Shown here one piece after another: positions 21,659-30,945 of a stretch of 64,000 nt of DNA; position 1 is the stretch's first letter, and every line of letters begins with the position of its first letter. The notes beneath the pieces are model-generated. The model had not been told where the DNA came from, did not search any database, and saw only the letters and a program-made list of their open reading frames with translations. The DNA is from Nitrospirota bacterium (lineage in GTDB: Bacteria; Nitrospirota; Nitrospiria; Nitrospirales; Nitrospiraceae). The stretch covers positions 544,001 through 608,000 of the forward strand of contig CAVPBK010000006.1 of NCBI GenBank assembly GCA_963701855.1, given 5' to 3'. The position numbers and the translations under genes were made by a program.

Positions 21659-23113
21659 TTACGATGCCTGCTTGATGACTGCCCTCATCCCTGTCAGCGC
21701 CGACACAACCTGTTCCATTTTCATGCCGCGAGAGGCCTTCACCAACACCACGTCACCTTGCCGCACGATCCTCTTGAGACAGTCAGCTGCTGCAGCCGCA
21801 TCGACCACTTCGTCGATCTGCGAATCTCCCATCCCGCTCTGCCGGGCCCCTTCCGCAATGTCTCGACCCAACGTCCCGCAGACAATCAGCCGCGACAGCC
21901 CCTGTGTGGCGAGGAATTGTCCAACGTCCCGGTGCATGAGACCGGTCTCGGGGCCGAGTTCGAGCATGTCTCCCAACACAGCGATCCGTTCGCGTGCAGG
22001 ACTCCATTGGGCTAGCAATTGGAGCGCCGCTTTCATCGACGCAGGGTTGGCGTTGTAGCAATCGTTGATAAAATAGACGCCGTGATGAGCCACCACCTGC
22101 GACCGCATCGCAGCAGGACGAAATCGGCCCAGCCCTTGAGCAATCATCGAACCGGAGAAGTTCAAGGCGGCACCCGTCGCCGCAGCGGCGAGCGCATTGG
22201 TGACGTTATGAGTCCCATGCACCTTGATTCGAACGATCGTGGGACGGCTTTTCCCAGGGAGATGCAAGCGGAAGGTCGTGCCGTGGCGTGCATCGGACGT
22301 GACCCCGCTCGCACGGACATCGGCCATCTCCGAAAATCCGAATGACAGGACGCGGCATTGTGCGCGCGCGGCAAGGTAATCAAAGTAGGGATCGTCGGCA
22401 TTTAAAATGGCCATGCCATCGGAGGGAAGTAAGTCCAGCAATTCCGCCTTGGCCTGCGCCGACCCTTCCATGCTTCCGAAGAACTCGAGGTGATCGGGAC
22501 CAATATTGGTAATCACTCCGATCGTGGGCCTGACAATCTCACAGAGCCTGGTCGTCTGCCCCTGCTGATCCACCCCCATCTCAATCACGGCCGCTTGATG
22601 GCGAGCCGTGAGCCGGAACAGGGTATAGGGCACGCCGATCCGATTGTTGAAATTCCCCTCGGTCTTCAGCACCGGCCACCGTTGAGCCAATACCGCCGCC
22701 ACCATCTCTTTCGTCGTCGTCTTTCCATTGCTGCCAGTCACCGCTACCATGGGGATATGGAATCGACTGCGGTAATGCGTCGCTAGCTGCTGATAGGCAA
22801 ACAGCGGATCGCGCACGCCGAAAAGAAATGGTGCAGGTCGACCACCGACACGGCGTATCGCTGCGGAGCTTGAAGGAAGGCAATATTCATCGTGAACGAT
22901 GGCTCCCACTGCGCCCCGCGCAAGTACAGTCGGCACGAACTCATGACCGTCGAATCGATCGCCTCGGAGCGCGACAAATAGATCGCCACGGCGAACCGAT
23001 CGGGAGTCCGTACTGATTTGTCTGATCCGGCGCTTCCCCGATAACGAGTCCTGTCCCGCAAGAATTTTCACGCTGATGACTTCTCGTAACTCCTCGACTG
23101 TAAACAGTCCCAT
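21659..23113 (-). CDS. murF: UDP-MurNAc-tripeptide--D-Ala-D-Ala ligase
   Basis: GSNGKTTTKE, DCYNANPASM, GDMLELG, KASRGM. Start trimmed to MGLFTVEE. Confidence 0.95.
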   Translation of the reverse strand: MGLFTVEELREVISVKILAGQDSLSGKRRIRQISTDSRSVRRGDLFVALRGDRFDGHEFVPTVLARGAVGAIVHDEYCLPSSSAAIRRVGGRPAPFLFGVRDPLFAYQQLATHYRSRFHIPMVAVTGSNGKTTTKEMVAAVLAQRWPVLKTEGNFNNRIGVPYTLFRLTARHQAAVIEMGVDQQGQTTRLCEIVRPTIGVITNIGPDHLEFFGSMEGSAQAKAELLDLLPSDGMAILNADDPYFDYLAARAQCRVLSFGFSEMADVRASGVTSDARHGTTFRLHLPGKSRPTIVRIKVHGTHNVTNALAAAATGAALNFSGSMIAQGLGRFRPAAMRSQVVAHHGVYFINDCYNANPASMKAALQLLAQWSPARERIAVLGDMLELGPETGLMHRDVGQFLATQGLSRLIVCGTLGRDIAEGARQSGMGDSQIDEVVDAAAAADCLKRIVRQGDVVLVKASRGMKMEQVVSALTGMRAVIKQAS

Positions 23114-23154
23114 TGACTCCTCACCTTGCATAGTCCCGGTCGTGGCCTGGATTC

Positions 23155-24672
23155 TCACGCGCAATCCCGCAATTTCTGAATCGCCTCGCGAGCCACCTCA
23201 CGATCGTCAAAATGAAATTTCTTAGTCCCGATGATTTGATAGTCCTCATGCCCCTTGCCAGCAATGAGCACCATATCGCCTCGTCGAGCCTCGCGAATGG
23301 CAGCGCCAATCGCTTCACGACGATCCGGCACCAAGCGATACTGCACATGATTGCGGCGCGCTAGCGCATCGCGCACGCCAATCTCAACTTCTTGGAGGAT
23401 CGCCATGGGGTCCTCGGTCCGAGGATTATCGGACGTCAAGATCACCACATCACTGCATTCCACGGCAGCGCGCCCCATCTTGGGACGCTTCCCTCGATCC
23501 CGATCACCACCACATCCAAATACTGTAATGATCCGATCGGTCTTTAATGCTTGAGCTGCCGTCAGCAGTCTGAGAAGTGCATCTTCCGTATGGGCATAAT
23601 CGACGACCACGGTAAAGTCTTCCTCGGACGAGACCCGCTCAAAACGACCTGGAACATTAGTGATATGAGCGGTCGCTTCGCGGATCTGATCGGTCGTCGC
23701 CCCTTCGTGCAGCGCCACCCCGATCGCCCCCAGCAAGTTGTAGACGTTGTGCTCCCCGACCAACCGACTCTCGACAGTGAACGATCCCGCAGGAGTCGCG
23801 GCTATGAAAGTTGTACCGGCTAGCGAGAGACACACTCGTTCTGCCTTAAGATCTGCCTGGGTCTTAAGGGCATAGCCCCAGACCGGTACAGGACAGGCTG
23901 CGCGGATCGTGGCTCCTCGGGGATCGTCCAAATTGACAATCGCGCGCTTCCCGGTCTTCTGCCCCCCGGCCAATCCGGTAAACAATCGCAACTTCGCTTC
24001 AAAGTACTCATCCATCGTGTGATGGAAATCGAGGTGATCCTGCGTGAGGTTCGTGAAGACCGCCGTGTCGTACTCGCAACCCGATGTTCGGTCTAACGCG
24101 AGGGCGTGGGACGATACTTCCATTACTGCAGCGGTGAGTCCGCTTTCGACCATCTTCGCCAAGAGTGCTTGAAGATCAAGTGCGCCTGGCGTCGTGTGAG
24201 GGGCAGGTAGTGTTTCCTGCCCAATCTGGTACCCCACCGTGCCGATCAACCCCACCTGCCGGCCAATCCCTTCCAGTAACGCCTTACAGAGATACGTCGT
24301 CGTCGTCTTCCCATTCGTGCCCGTCACACCGATCATCTTGAGACGGGCGGATGGATCCCCATGAAACCGGCTGCCGAGAAGACCGAGCGCTTTGCGCGAA
24401 TCAGCCACCCGCACGAACGGTACCGCCCCCAATGCCACATGTGCCTGTGCGATCACCGCAAGCGCTCCGGCCTTGATGGCCTGCTCGACAAATCCATGAC
24501 CATCAACTCGCTCACCCTTCACGGCAACAAAGAGGCTCCCATCCGTCACCGCTCGTGAATCGTCCGTGATCGCATGCACCGGACAACTCACATTGCCGCG
24601 CTGCTCAAAAATCTCAACCTGCCCATGGAGCGCCGCGAGCAACTGCGTGAGGGTGATGGGATCGCGCGCCAT
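23155..24672 (-). CDS. murE: UDP-MurNAc-dipeptide--meso-DAP ligase
   Basis: GTNGKTT, DYAHT, DNPR (mDAP-type), AGKGHE. Confidence 0.96.
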   Translation of the reverse strand: MARDPITLTQLLAALHGQVEIFEQRGNVSCPVHAITDDSRAVTDGSLFVAVKGERVDGHGFVEQAIKAGALAVIAQAHVALGAVPFVRVADSRKALGLLGSRFHGDPSARLKMIGVTGTNGKTTTTYLCKALLEGIGRQVGLIGTVGYQIGQETLPAPHTTPGALDLQALLAKMVESGLTAAVMEVSSHALALDRTSGCEYDTAVFTNLTQDHLDFHHTMDEYFEAKLRLFTGLAGGQKTGKRAIVNLDDPRGATIRAACPVPVWGYALKTQADLKAERVCLSLAGTTFIAATPAGSFTVESRLVGEHNVYNLLGAIGVALHEGATTDQIREATAHITNVPGRFERVSSEEDFTVVVDYAHTEDALLRLLTAAQALKTDRIITVFGCGGDRDRGKRPKMGRAAVECSDVVILTSDNPRTEDPMAILQEVEIGVRDALARRNHVQYRLVPDRREAIGAAIREARRGDMVLIAGKGHEDYQIIGTKKFHFDDREVAREAIQKLRDCA

Positions 24673-24679
24673 CGCCTAA

Positions 24680-26398
24680 TTAGTGATCCTTCATTGCCAG
24701 GGCGATTTTCACAGTGTCTTCTCTGGACACACCAAGATAGTTAAGCGCTTGCTCCCCGACCCGCCGAAAGACAGGCGCCGCCACAGTCCCGCCCCAAGCT
24801 TCGCCTTGAGGTTCATCGAGGACGACGATCATCGCCAACCGCGGAGATTCTGCCGGAACATACCCGACAAACGACCCGACAAACTGCGTAGAAGAATACA
24901 CGCCGGTTCGCGAATCGATTTTTTGCGCGGTCCCGGTTTTACCCGCCACGCGGAAACCCGGAATGGCCGCCTTGGTTCCCGTCCCATTCGTCACGACACC
25001 TTCCAGCATCGTCGTCATCGTCCGGGCCGTATCCGGTGACACGACTCGCCGCTTCACTTGTGGTCGTACTTCCTTAAGCAAGCGACCTTTCTGATCGCGC
25101 ACTTCGGATACCACGTAAGGTTTCATCATCACGCCCCCATTGGCGAGAGTCGCCACTGCCGACACCATCTGGAGCGCCGTTACCCCAATCTCCTGTCCCA
25201 TCGAAATCGACGCCGCTGATCGACGGCCCCAGTCTTTGGGCGCCTTCAAGAGCCCGCTCACTTCACCCGGCAGGTCGATATCAGTACGTTGGCCGAATCC
25301 GAACGCTTGGAGATAGTGGTAAAGCCGCTGTTCTCCAAGGGCCATCCCGGTTTTGGCAGCGGCGATGTTGCTGGACTTTTGAATCGCTTCAGAGAACGTC
25401 ATCCACCCCAGCTTGTCATGGTCATGAATCGTCGTATTCGCGATCACCATCTGGCCGTTTTCACCGAAGACCATGGAATCAGGCGTCATCACTTTTTCTT
25501 CGAGCGCCGCAGCCGCAACCATCGCTTTCATGGTCGACCCAGGCTCGTACGTATCGGTCAAGGCACGATTGCGCCACCGATCGGGCGTCAATGCGGCAAC
25601 GACATTCGGATCAAATCGTGGACTGACGGCCATCGCGAGAAGCGCACCAGATTGCGGCTCCATGACGATGATCGTTCCAGACTTGGCGCGGGAATGAGTG
25701 ACGGCCTCTTCGAGCTCTTTTTCCGCAATGTATTGAATGACCTCGTCGACGGTCAGTGTAAGGGCATGTCCCGGCGTCGGCGCTTGCTCCGACAAACCCT
25801 TGGGAAATACCGTGCGGCCTAACGCATCGCGCTGCAACACGGTGACGCGCTTCTCTCCATGCAAATGCGAATCGTATCGGCGTTCGAGACCTTCAAGCCC
25901 TTGCCCATCCATCCCGGAAAATCCGAGGACATGGGCCAGCAACGGACCCTTGGGATAAAACCGCCGCCCCTCCATCACCACGCCGATGCCGTCCAACGAT
26001 AACTGCTCCAACCTACGGCCTTGCTCAGGCTCGACCTTTCGCGCCAACCACACGAAGCTCTTGTCTTGCCGAAGCTTTCTCTCAAGCTCATCGATTCGAA
26101 TGTGAAGTACCGGAGAAAGATTCCGGGCGACGATCGAGGGGCTCTCCAGCGACGTCGGTACACCAAACACAGATGGTACCTCCACATTCATCGCAAGCAC
26201 TTTGCCGTGCCGATCCGATACCATGCCTCTGGCCCCCTCGAAAGATACGGTCTTTTGATGTTGCCGATCGGCCTTGGCCGTCAGTTCTGCTGCTTGAAGC
26301 ACTTGAAGCGTAACCAGCCGAAAGAGAATAATGCTGAACCCGCAAAGGAGCAGGAGCAACACGACATAGCGACGACCACGAGAAGGGCCGGCAATCAC
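24680..26398 (-). CDS. ftsI: Class B penicillin-binding protein FtsI
   Basis: EPGSTMK, SSN, KTGTAQ motifs. Confidence 0.95.
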   Translation of the reverse strand: MIAGPSRGRRYVVLLLLLCGFSIILFRLVTLQVLQAAELTAKADRQHQKTVSFEGARGMVSDRHGKVLAMNVEVPSVFGVPTSLESPSIVARNLSPVLHIRIDELERKLRQDKSFVWLARKVEPEQGRRLEQLSLDGIGVVMEGRRFYPKGPLLAHVLGFSGMDGQGLEGLERRYDSHLHGEKRVTVLQRDALGRTVFPKGLSEQAPTPGHALTLTVDEVIQYIAEKELEEAVTHSRAKSGTIIVMEPQSGALLAMAVSPRFDPNVVAALTPDRWRNRALTDTYEPGSTMKAMVAAAALEEKVMTPDSMVFGENGQMVIANTTIHDHDKLGWMTFSEAIQKSSNIAAAKTGMALGEQRLYHYLQAFGFGQRTDIDLPGEVSGLLKAPKDWGRRSAASISMGQEIGVTALQMVSAVATLANGGVMMKPYVVSEVRDQKGRLLKEVRPQVKRRVVSPDTARTMTTMLEGVVTNGTGTKAAIPGFRVAGKTGTAQKIDSRTGVYSSTQFVGSFVGYVPAESPRLAMIVVLDEPQGEAWGGTVAAPVFRRVGEQALNYLGVSREDTVKIALAMKDH

Positions 26399-26730
26399 TC
26401 TCTCTCCCTCCCGATAGATTCATGTTTCGCCACACGGACTTGATCCACTGGTGGGAGTGATAGGCTCGGAACCTCTCCTGGCATATGCACCATCAGCACT
26501 TGCCCCTGCTGCGGCGGAACCAGCCCCAACTTTTCTGTCGCCACCTTCGCGATTCGCGCTGGAGCCATCAGCGCGGAAAACTTCACTTGCAATTGATCCC
26601 GCTCTCGCTCCAGCAATATTTTCTGGGTCTTCAATCGTTCGATCTGATAACCCAATCGAACGACATCGACACGCTCCCACACAAACACAAAGACCAACAA
26701 CACACCCGCCACAATCGTTACCGCCTTCAT
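26395..26730 (-). CDS. ftsL: Cell division protein FtsL
   Basis: TM plus leucine zipper and PARIAKVATEKLGL; between rsmH and ftsI. Confidence 0.85.
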   Translation of the reverse strand: MKAVTIVAGVLLVFVFVWERVDVVRLGYQIERLKTQKILLERERDQLQVKFSALMAPARIAKVATEKLGLVPPQQGQVLMVHMPGEVPSLSLPPVDQVRVAKHESIGRERE

Positions 26731-27644
26731 GAATAACCCTCCCTGGATACCCGTTGGGCAGCCCGCAACTTGGCACTGCGGGATCGAGGATTCCTGTCCG
26801 ATTCTTCCTTAGTGGGGATCTGTGGCTTCTTAGTGAGTACCATCAAGGCAGGATCATCCTTGCTGGAGAGCGCGCGAAGCGTGTGTTTCACAATCCGATC
26901 TTCGAGCGAATGGAATGAAATCACACAGAGGCGACCACCGGGAGACAACACATCTGCCGCATCTCGCAATGCTGGATCAAGACAGTCAAGCTCGTGATTC
27001 ACTGCAATGCGAATGGCCTGAAACGTACGGGTGGCACAGTGAAGACGACCATGCCGGTAATGCGCCGGAACAGCCCCCTCGATCACTGAGACCAACTCAT
27101 TCGTCGTCGCCAGCAGATGGCGTTCTCGCGCACGGACAATGGCACGGGCAATTCGTCGAGAAAACCGTTCTTCGCCGAACTGAAAAATTGTATCGGCCAA
27201 CTGTGCTTCCGGCCAGCTATTGACCAGGTCAGCTGCGGTCCCGCTCATCGATTGATCCATACGCATGTCCAACGGACCATCCCCTTGAAAGCTAAATCCT
27301 CGAGCAGGCTCTTCCAACTGCGGGGACGAGATCCCAAGATCAAACAGAATTCCATCGACCTGGCCAATGCCACAGAAAGTAAGATGCCGTTTCAAATCCA
27401 CAAAATGACCATGGAGAAGGAACACGCGGTCGCCGAATCGTGCAAGCCTTTCTCGACTGGCGGCGATGGCCATCACATCGCGATCAATCCCAATAAGCCT
27501 GCTCTCAGGATCGCTCGTCTCAAGGATTTCCTCAGCATGCCCACTGTACCCCACCGTACAGTCAAGATAGGTTCGACCACTCTCTTGAACCAGCCAAAAT
27601 AGAGCCTCTTTTGACATGACTGGGATATGTCGAGAGGCCCCCAT
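26727..27644 (-). CDS. rsmH: 16S rRNA C1402 N4-methyltransferase
   Basis: HIPVM, DLGISSPQ, PLDMRMD, SFHSLEDR, NPRSRSAKLR. Confidence 0.97.
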   Translation of the reverse strand: MGASRHIPVMSKEALFWLVQESGRTYLDCTVGYSGHAEEILETSDPESRLIGIDRDVMAIAASRERLARFGDRVFLLHGHFVDLKRHLTFCGIGQVDGILFDLGISSPQLEEPARGFSFQGDGPLDMRMDQSMSGTAADLVNSWPEAQLADTIFQFGEERFSRRIARAIVRARERHLLATTNELVSVIEGAVPAHYRHGRLHCATRTFQAIRIAVNHELDCLDPALRDAADVLSPGGRLCVISFHSLEDRIVKHTLRALSSKDDPALMVLTKKPQIPTKEESDRNPRSRSAKLRAAQRVSREGYS

Positions 27645-27666
27645 AAATTCTTACTAGCCAGACTCA

Positions 27667-27719
27667 CCCACTTTCTCCCACTAAAGGGCGCAGTATACAC
27701 CCACTTAAAGACTTGTCAA
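27667..27719 (-). promoter_or_regulatory. dcw promoter with MraZ-type AGTGGG direct repeats
   Basis: TTGACA(27719-27714)-16-TATACT(27697-27692). AGTGGG at 27705-27700, 27682-27677 and 27672-27667; the last two are 10 bp apart. Confidence 0.75.
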
Positions 27720-28064
27720 TAGAAAATTCATGTACTTATGAAGATTTTGACGCTTTCAGATTTTCCATGAAATCTGAGAGAGAGAAAGTATGCCATACGG
27801 GATACAGCACTCCATGTGGGAAAGAGTTTTCCCATTTTTAGGTTAATTCAAACCCCTACGGAGAGAGCTTATTCGGCATCTGGGTCAGGGAATAATCGCC
27901 ACCGCCGATGGTCAAGTTGTAGACTCGGGGCTACCGAACGTTCGTTGATCACTCTTTGGGTCATGATAAGCTTAACGACATCACATCTTGACCAGCACTC
28001 CGTTATGCGAACGAAGTTAGTGAGATTCATTGACAAGAATTCGAGTCGGGTTGAAAATGGTTTT

Positions 28065-29120
28065 ATGCATTCACTCGTAACAGCCAAGGCCATCTGCGTG
28101 ACTGTCTTCATGGTGGGAGTCGCCTTCACATCCGGCGGTATCACAGCCACCAGGGCGTCCGCGGCATCAACGCTCTATTGGTGTCCCGATCAAAGAACCG
28201 ATCGGCAATATTCAGCAAAACAAGAGCCAGGATGCGTGCCGGTTGTGGAGAAAAAGGAAACCCCGTCAACAGAGCAAGAAGGGGAAACACCTACCGGCGA
28301 GAAACCACCACGCGACTTCAAGATCGAGAATCTGCAAGGCGACGTATCGATATTCCTGAACAAGTATCGCGATTTTCTCGATTGCTGCAAGACCGATCTC
28401 TCGGAACTTCAACGGATCCAAGAAATGGGAGACGAAGTTGGAGATTTACTCAAGTCCACTCAGACTAATATGTCGAATCATTCGATGGCTTCACGTGGCA
28501 TCATGTTGCGCGAAATGATCCCGACTGTCTCCAAAGCCCGTGCTGACCTTAAAAAACTGCGCGCGACGCTCGAACGAATCAGCACCTCGTCCAACACTCG
28601 CAATGCAGGAGACTTTGAAGCTTCAGGCCGGGAAGCTAGCGCGATTCGGGAAATGGAAGAATCGATTGAGAGAGACATCCGTGCGCCAAAGCTGTCGACA
28701 GGGCCAAAGACGGGCGCCAGTATCGGCACCGCACCAGCAGCTGGGCCAAGTATCGGAAAAACTCCGAAGACCGGCAACACGATCGGTGGAGAAGGCGTCA
28801 GCGGCAAAGACATCGGGGCGTCATCGAAAAATAGCCACGACATCGGCGGCTCAGGGCCAGCAGGGTTTGGAATCGGCACCACAGGCCGTGCGGGCCCTTC
28901 AATCGGCGAGTCCACCTTCAACAGCGAATCGTCTTCGGCCGTCGGTTCATCGCTGCAACGTTCCACCGTGGGGTCTAGCCTGTCGGATTCGACGGTAGGA
29001 TCGAGCTTTGGCGGCTCCAGTGTGGGATCGAGTCTTGGAGACTCGAATGTTGGTTCGTCGTTCGGTTCGCCTGGTGTCAGTTCAACCAACCAAGAACGGA
29101 GCACCAGCCCGCAGCAGTAA
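28065..29120 (+). CDS. Secreted hypothetical protein with Gly/Ser-rich 10-aa and 9-aa repeats
   Basis: Signal peptide-like segment ending ASA, helical middle, GxxIG decads then GSS(L/F)xxS/PxV nonads. Start uncertain. Confidence 0.7.
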   Translation: MHSLVTAKAICVTVFMVGVAFTSGGITATRASAASTLYWCPDQRTDRQYSAKQEPGCVPVVEKKETPSTEQEGETPTGEKPPRDFKIENLQGDVSIFLNKYRDFLDCCKTDLSELQRIQEMGDEVGDLLKSTQTNMSNHSMASRGIMLREMIPTVSKARADLKKLRATLERISTSSNTRNAGDFEASGREASAIREMEESIERDIRAPKLSTGPKTGASIGTAPAAGPSIGKTPKTGNTIGGEGVSGKDIGASSKNSHDIGGSGPAGFGIGTTGRAGPSIGESTFNSESSSAVGSSLQRSTVGSSLSDSTVGSSFGGSSVGSSLGDSNVGSSFGSPGVSSTNQERSTSPQQ

Positions 29121-29126
29121 TCTCCC

Positions 29127-30146
29127 TTATTGGCTCGAAAGTGCGGTCGGCACCGATTCCCAGACCTCTCCACGATTTTTACTCCTATACAAGCCGCTCC
29201 CGTTCGTGCCTGCATAAAACACAGCCGGATCGGTCGGACTCTGCACGAGTGATCGGATATTGAGTGTCGCAAGACCCGTATTCAACGTGCCCCACGTCGT
29301 CCCACCATCTTCGCTCCGATGGACACCTTCCCGACCGCCCAGATATATGACGCCCTTCTTCGTGCGATCCAAGATCATCGAAAACAACATCTGATCTTGT
29401 AGCAACTGCCCGATCCGCACCCACACCTTCCCGCCATCCGTCGTCTTATAGAGTCCTTCCAGCGTAGAGGCATACACCGTATCCGGCTCAAACGGATCGA
29501 CCAACACCAACGTCACATTGAGCGCCCGCGACGACTTAATGATATCCGGCGACACAAGGCCGTTGTTCACCTTCTCCCAATGACCGGCCTCGTCGATCGT
29601 TTTGTACACTCCGCCGCTCGTGCCCGCGTATAAGATCGCCGGTCTTGTCGGATCCATGCCCAACGTGACCACCATCAGCACTTCCTTCATCCCTTCCATT
29701 TTCTTCACCCAATGCTCACCGCCGTCTTTCGTCTCAGACACACCCATCGTCGTGGCGATAAAGATGTGATTGCTGTCCGCCGGATCGAAGAGGAATTGAT
29801 TGACCACCGACGAAATCGTCGCATCGTCTAACCCCGAACGCATTGAAGCCCAGCGCTGCCCGCCATCATGACTCTTATAGACCGCATCACCCTTCGTACC
29901 CGCATACACCGTGGCCGGGTAGGCCGGATCAAGCGCCATCGAAATCACACGCGAATGGCTCATCCCATGTGACAGATTCGTCCAGGTTTGGCCCCCATCG
30001 CGCGTCTTATAGATGTAGTCGTTCGTCGCGACGTAGATGATGTCAGGATTCTTCGGATTGAGCTGAATGACGACGATGGGATCGCCGCGATTGCAGCCTG
30101 AGAGGGATATTGCCAGCAGAAGAGCGAGAATAAGAATTCTAGCCAT
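29127..30146 (-). CDS. BNR/Asp-box beta-propeller lipoprotein (YCF48/VPS10-like)
   Basis: Lipobox LSGC; repeated (K/R)(T/S)xDGGxxW motifs. Confidence 0.85.
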   Translation of the reverse strand: MARILILALLLAISLSGCNRGDPIVVIQLNPKNPDIIYVATNDYIYKTRDGGQTWTNLSHGMSHSRVISMALDPAYPATVYAGTKGDAVYKSHDGGQRWASMRSGLDDATISSVVNQFLFDPADSNHIFIATTMGVSETKDGGEHWVKKMEGMKEVLMVVTLGMDPTRPAILYAGTSGGVYKTIDEAGHWEKVNNGLVSPDIIKSSRALNVTLVLVDPFEPDTVYASTLEGLYKTTDGGKVWVRIGQLLQDQMLFSMILDRTKKGVIYLGGREGVHRSEDGGTTWGTLNTGLATLNIRSLVQSPTDPAVFYAGTNGSGLYRSKNRGEVWESVPTALSSQ

Positions 30147-30163
30147 GCACAAGACAAGGCCTT

Positions 30164-30288
30164 ACGGGATAGTCAAAAATGTCGTCCAGCGAGGCCGCAG
30201 CGAGTGAAGGCCCGAGGCGTACCCTTGCGGTACGTTGAGGGCCTGAACGATGCGAGAACAAAGCTGGCGGCATTTTTCACCATCCCGT
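30164..30288. repeat. Intergenic repeat family A
   Basis: Close match to 37944-38068; terminal IR ACGGGAT...ATCCCGT. Confidence 0.85.
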
Positions 30289-30294
30289 TAGCAG

Positions 30295-30792
30295 TTACCG
30301 GTAGTTGGTGAATTGCAGATCAATCCCAAAATCCTTGCTCTTGAGAAACGCCATAGCCGCTTGAAGGTCGTCCTTGCTCTTGCTCAGCACGCGCACTTGC
30401 TCACCTTGAATCTGCGCTTGCACTTTCAATTTTGACTCCTTGATAGCCTTCGTCACCTCTTTCGCCTTGTCCGTCGCGATACCGCTTTGAATCTTCGCCA
30501 CCTGTCGCACCGTCCCACTCAGCGCAGGCTCCACGGTCCCATAGGTGAAGGCCTTCAGCGAGACCCCGCGCTTCACACACTTGGTCTTGATAATATCGTT
30601 TACGGCATTAAGCTTGTACTCATCGTCGGACACCAGGGACAATTCCTTTTCTTTCTCCTTCAACGTAATCTCCGTCTTTGAGTCTTTGAAGTCGAAGCGC
30701 TGCTTGATTTCCTTCGTCGCCTGATCGACGACATTCCTCATCTCTTGCATATCCACTTCCGAGACCACATCGAATGAAAACTGCTCAGCCAC
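30295..30792 (-). CDS. yajQ: YajQ family nucleotide/c-di-GMP-binding protein
   Basis: SFDVVSEVD, RFDFK, QIQGEQVRV..KSKDDLQ, LQFTNYR. Confidence 0.95.
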   Translation of the reverse strand: MAEQFSFDVVSEVDMQEMRNVVDQATKEIKQRFDFKDSKTEITLKEKEKELSLVSDDEYKLNAVNDIIKTKCVKRGVSLKAFTYGTVEPALSGTVRQVAKIQSGIATDKAKEVTKAIKESKLKVQAQIQGEQVRVLSKSKDDLQAAMAFLKSKDFGIDLQFTNYR

Positions 30793-30842
30793 GATCCCCT
30801 CCTCTTCTCACGTTATCCATTTCCTTTTCTACACTTCTCCAA

Positions 30843-30937
30843 AGGGAGTGGCCGCGGCTGCCCTTTACTGCGCGCATAGGACGAGCACGGTTTCATCGTG
30901 CGCGTTCTGCGAGCAAGAAAGGCACCTGGCCGCTCCC
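30843..30937. repeat. Structured repeat family C
   Basis: Core TACTGCGCGC...ACGAG-hairpin-GCGTT..GCGAGCA inside an outer stem. Confidence 0.8.
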
Positions 30938-30945
30938 GCCATCCC

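Noticed and set aside
28478..29272. 264-aa antisense ORF with DPTVE repeats
   Set aside because: Mirror of the Gly/Ser repeat gene, and overlaps a real gene.
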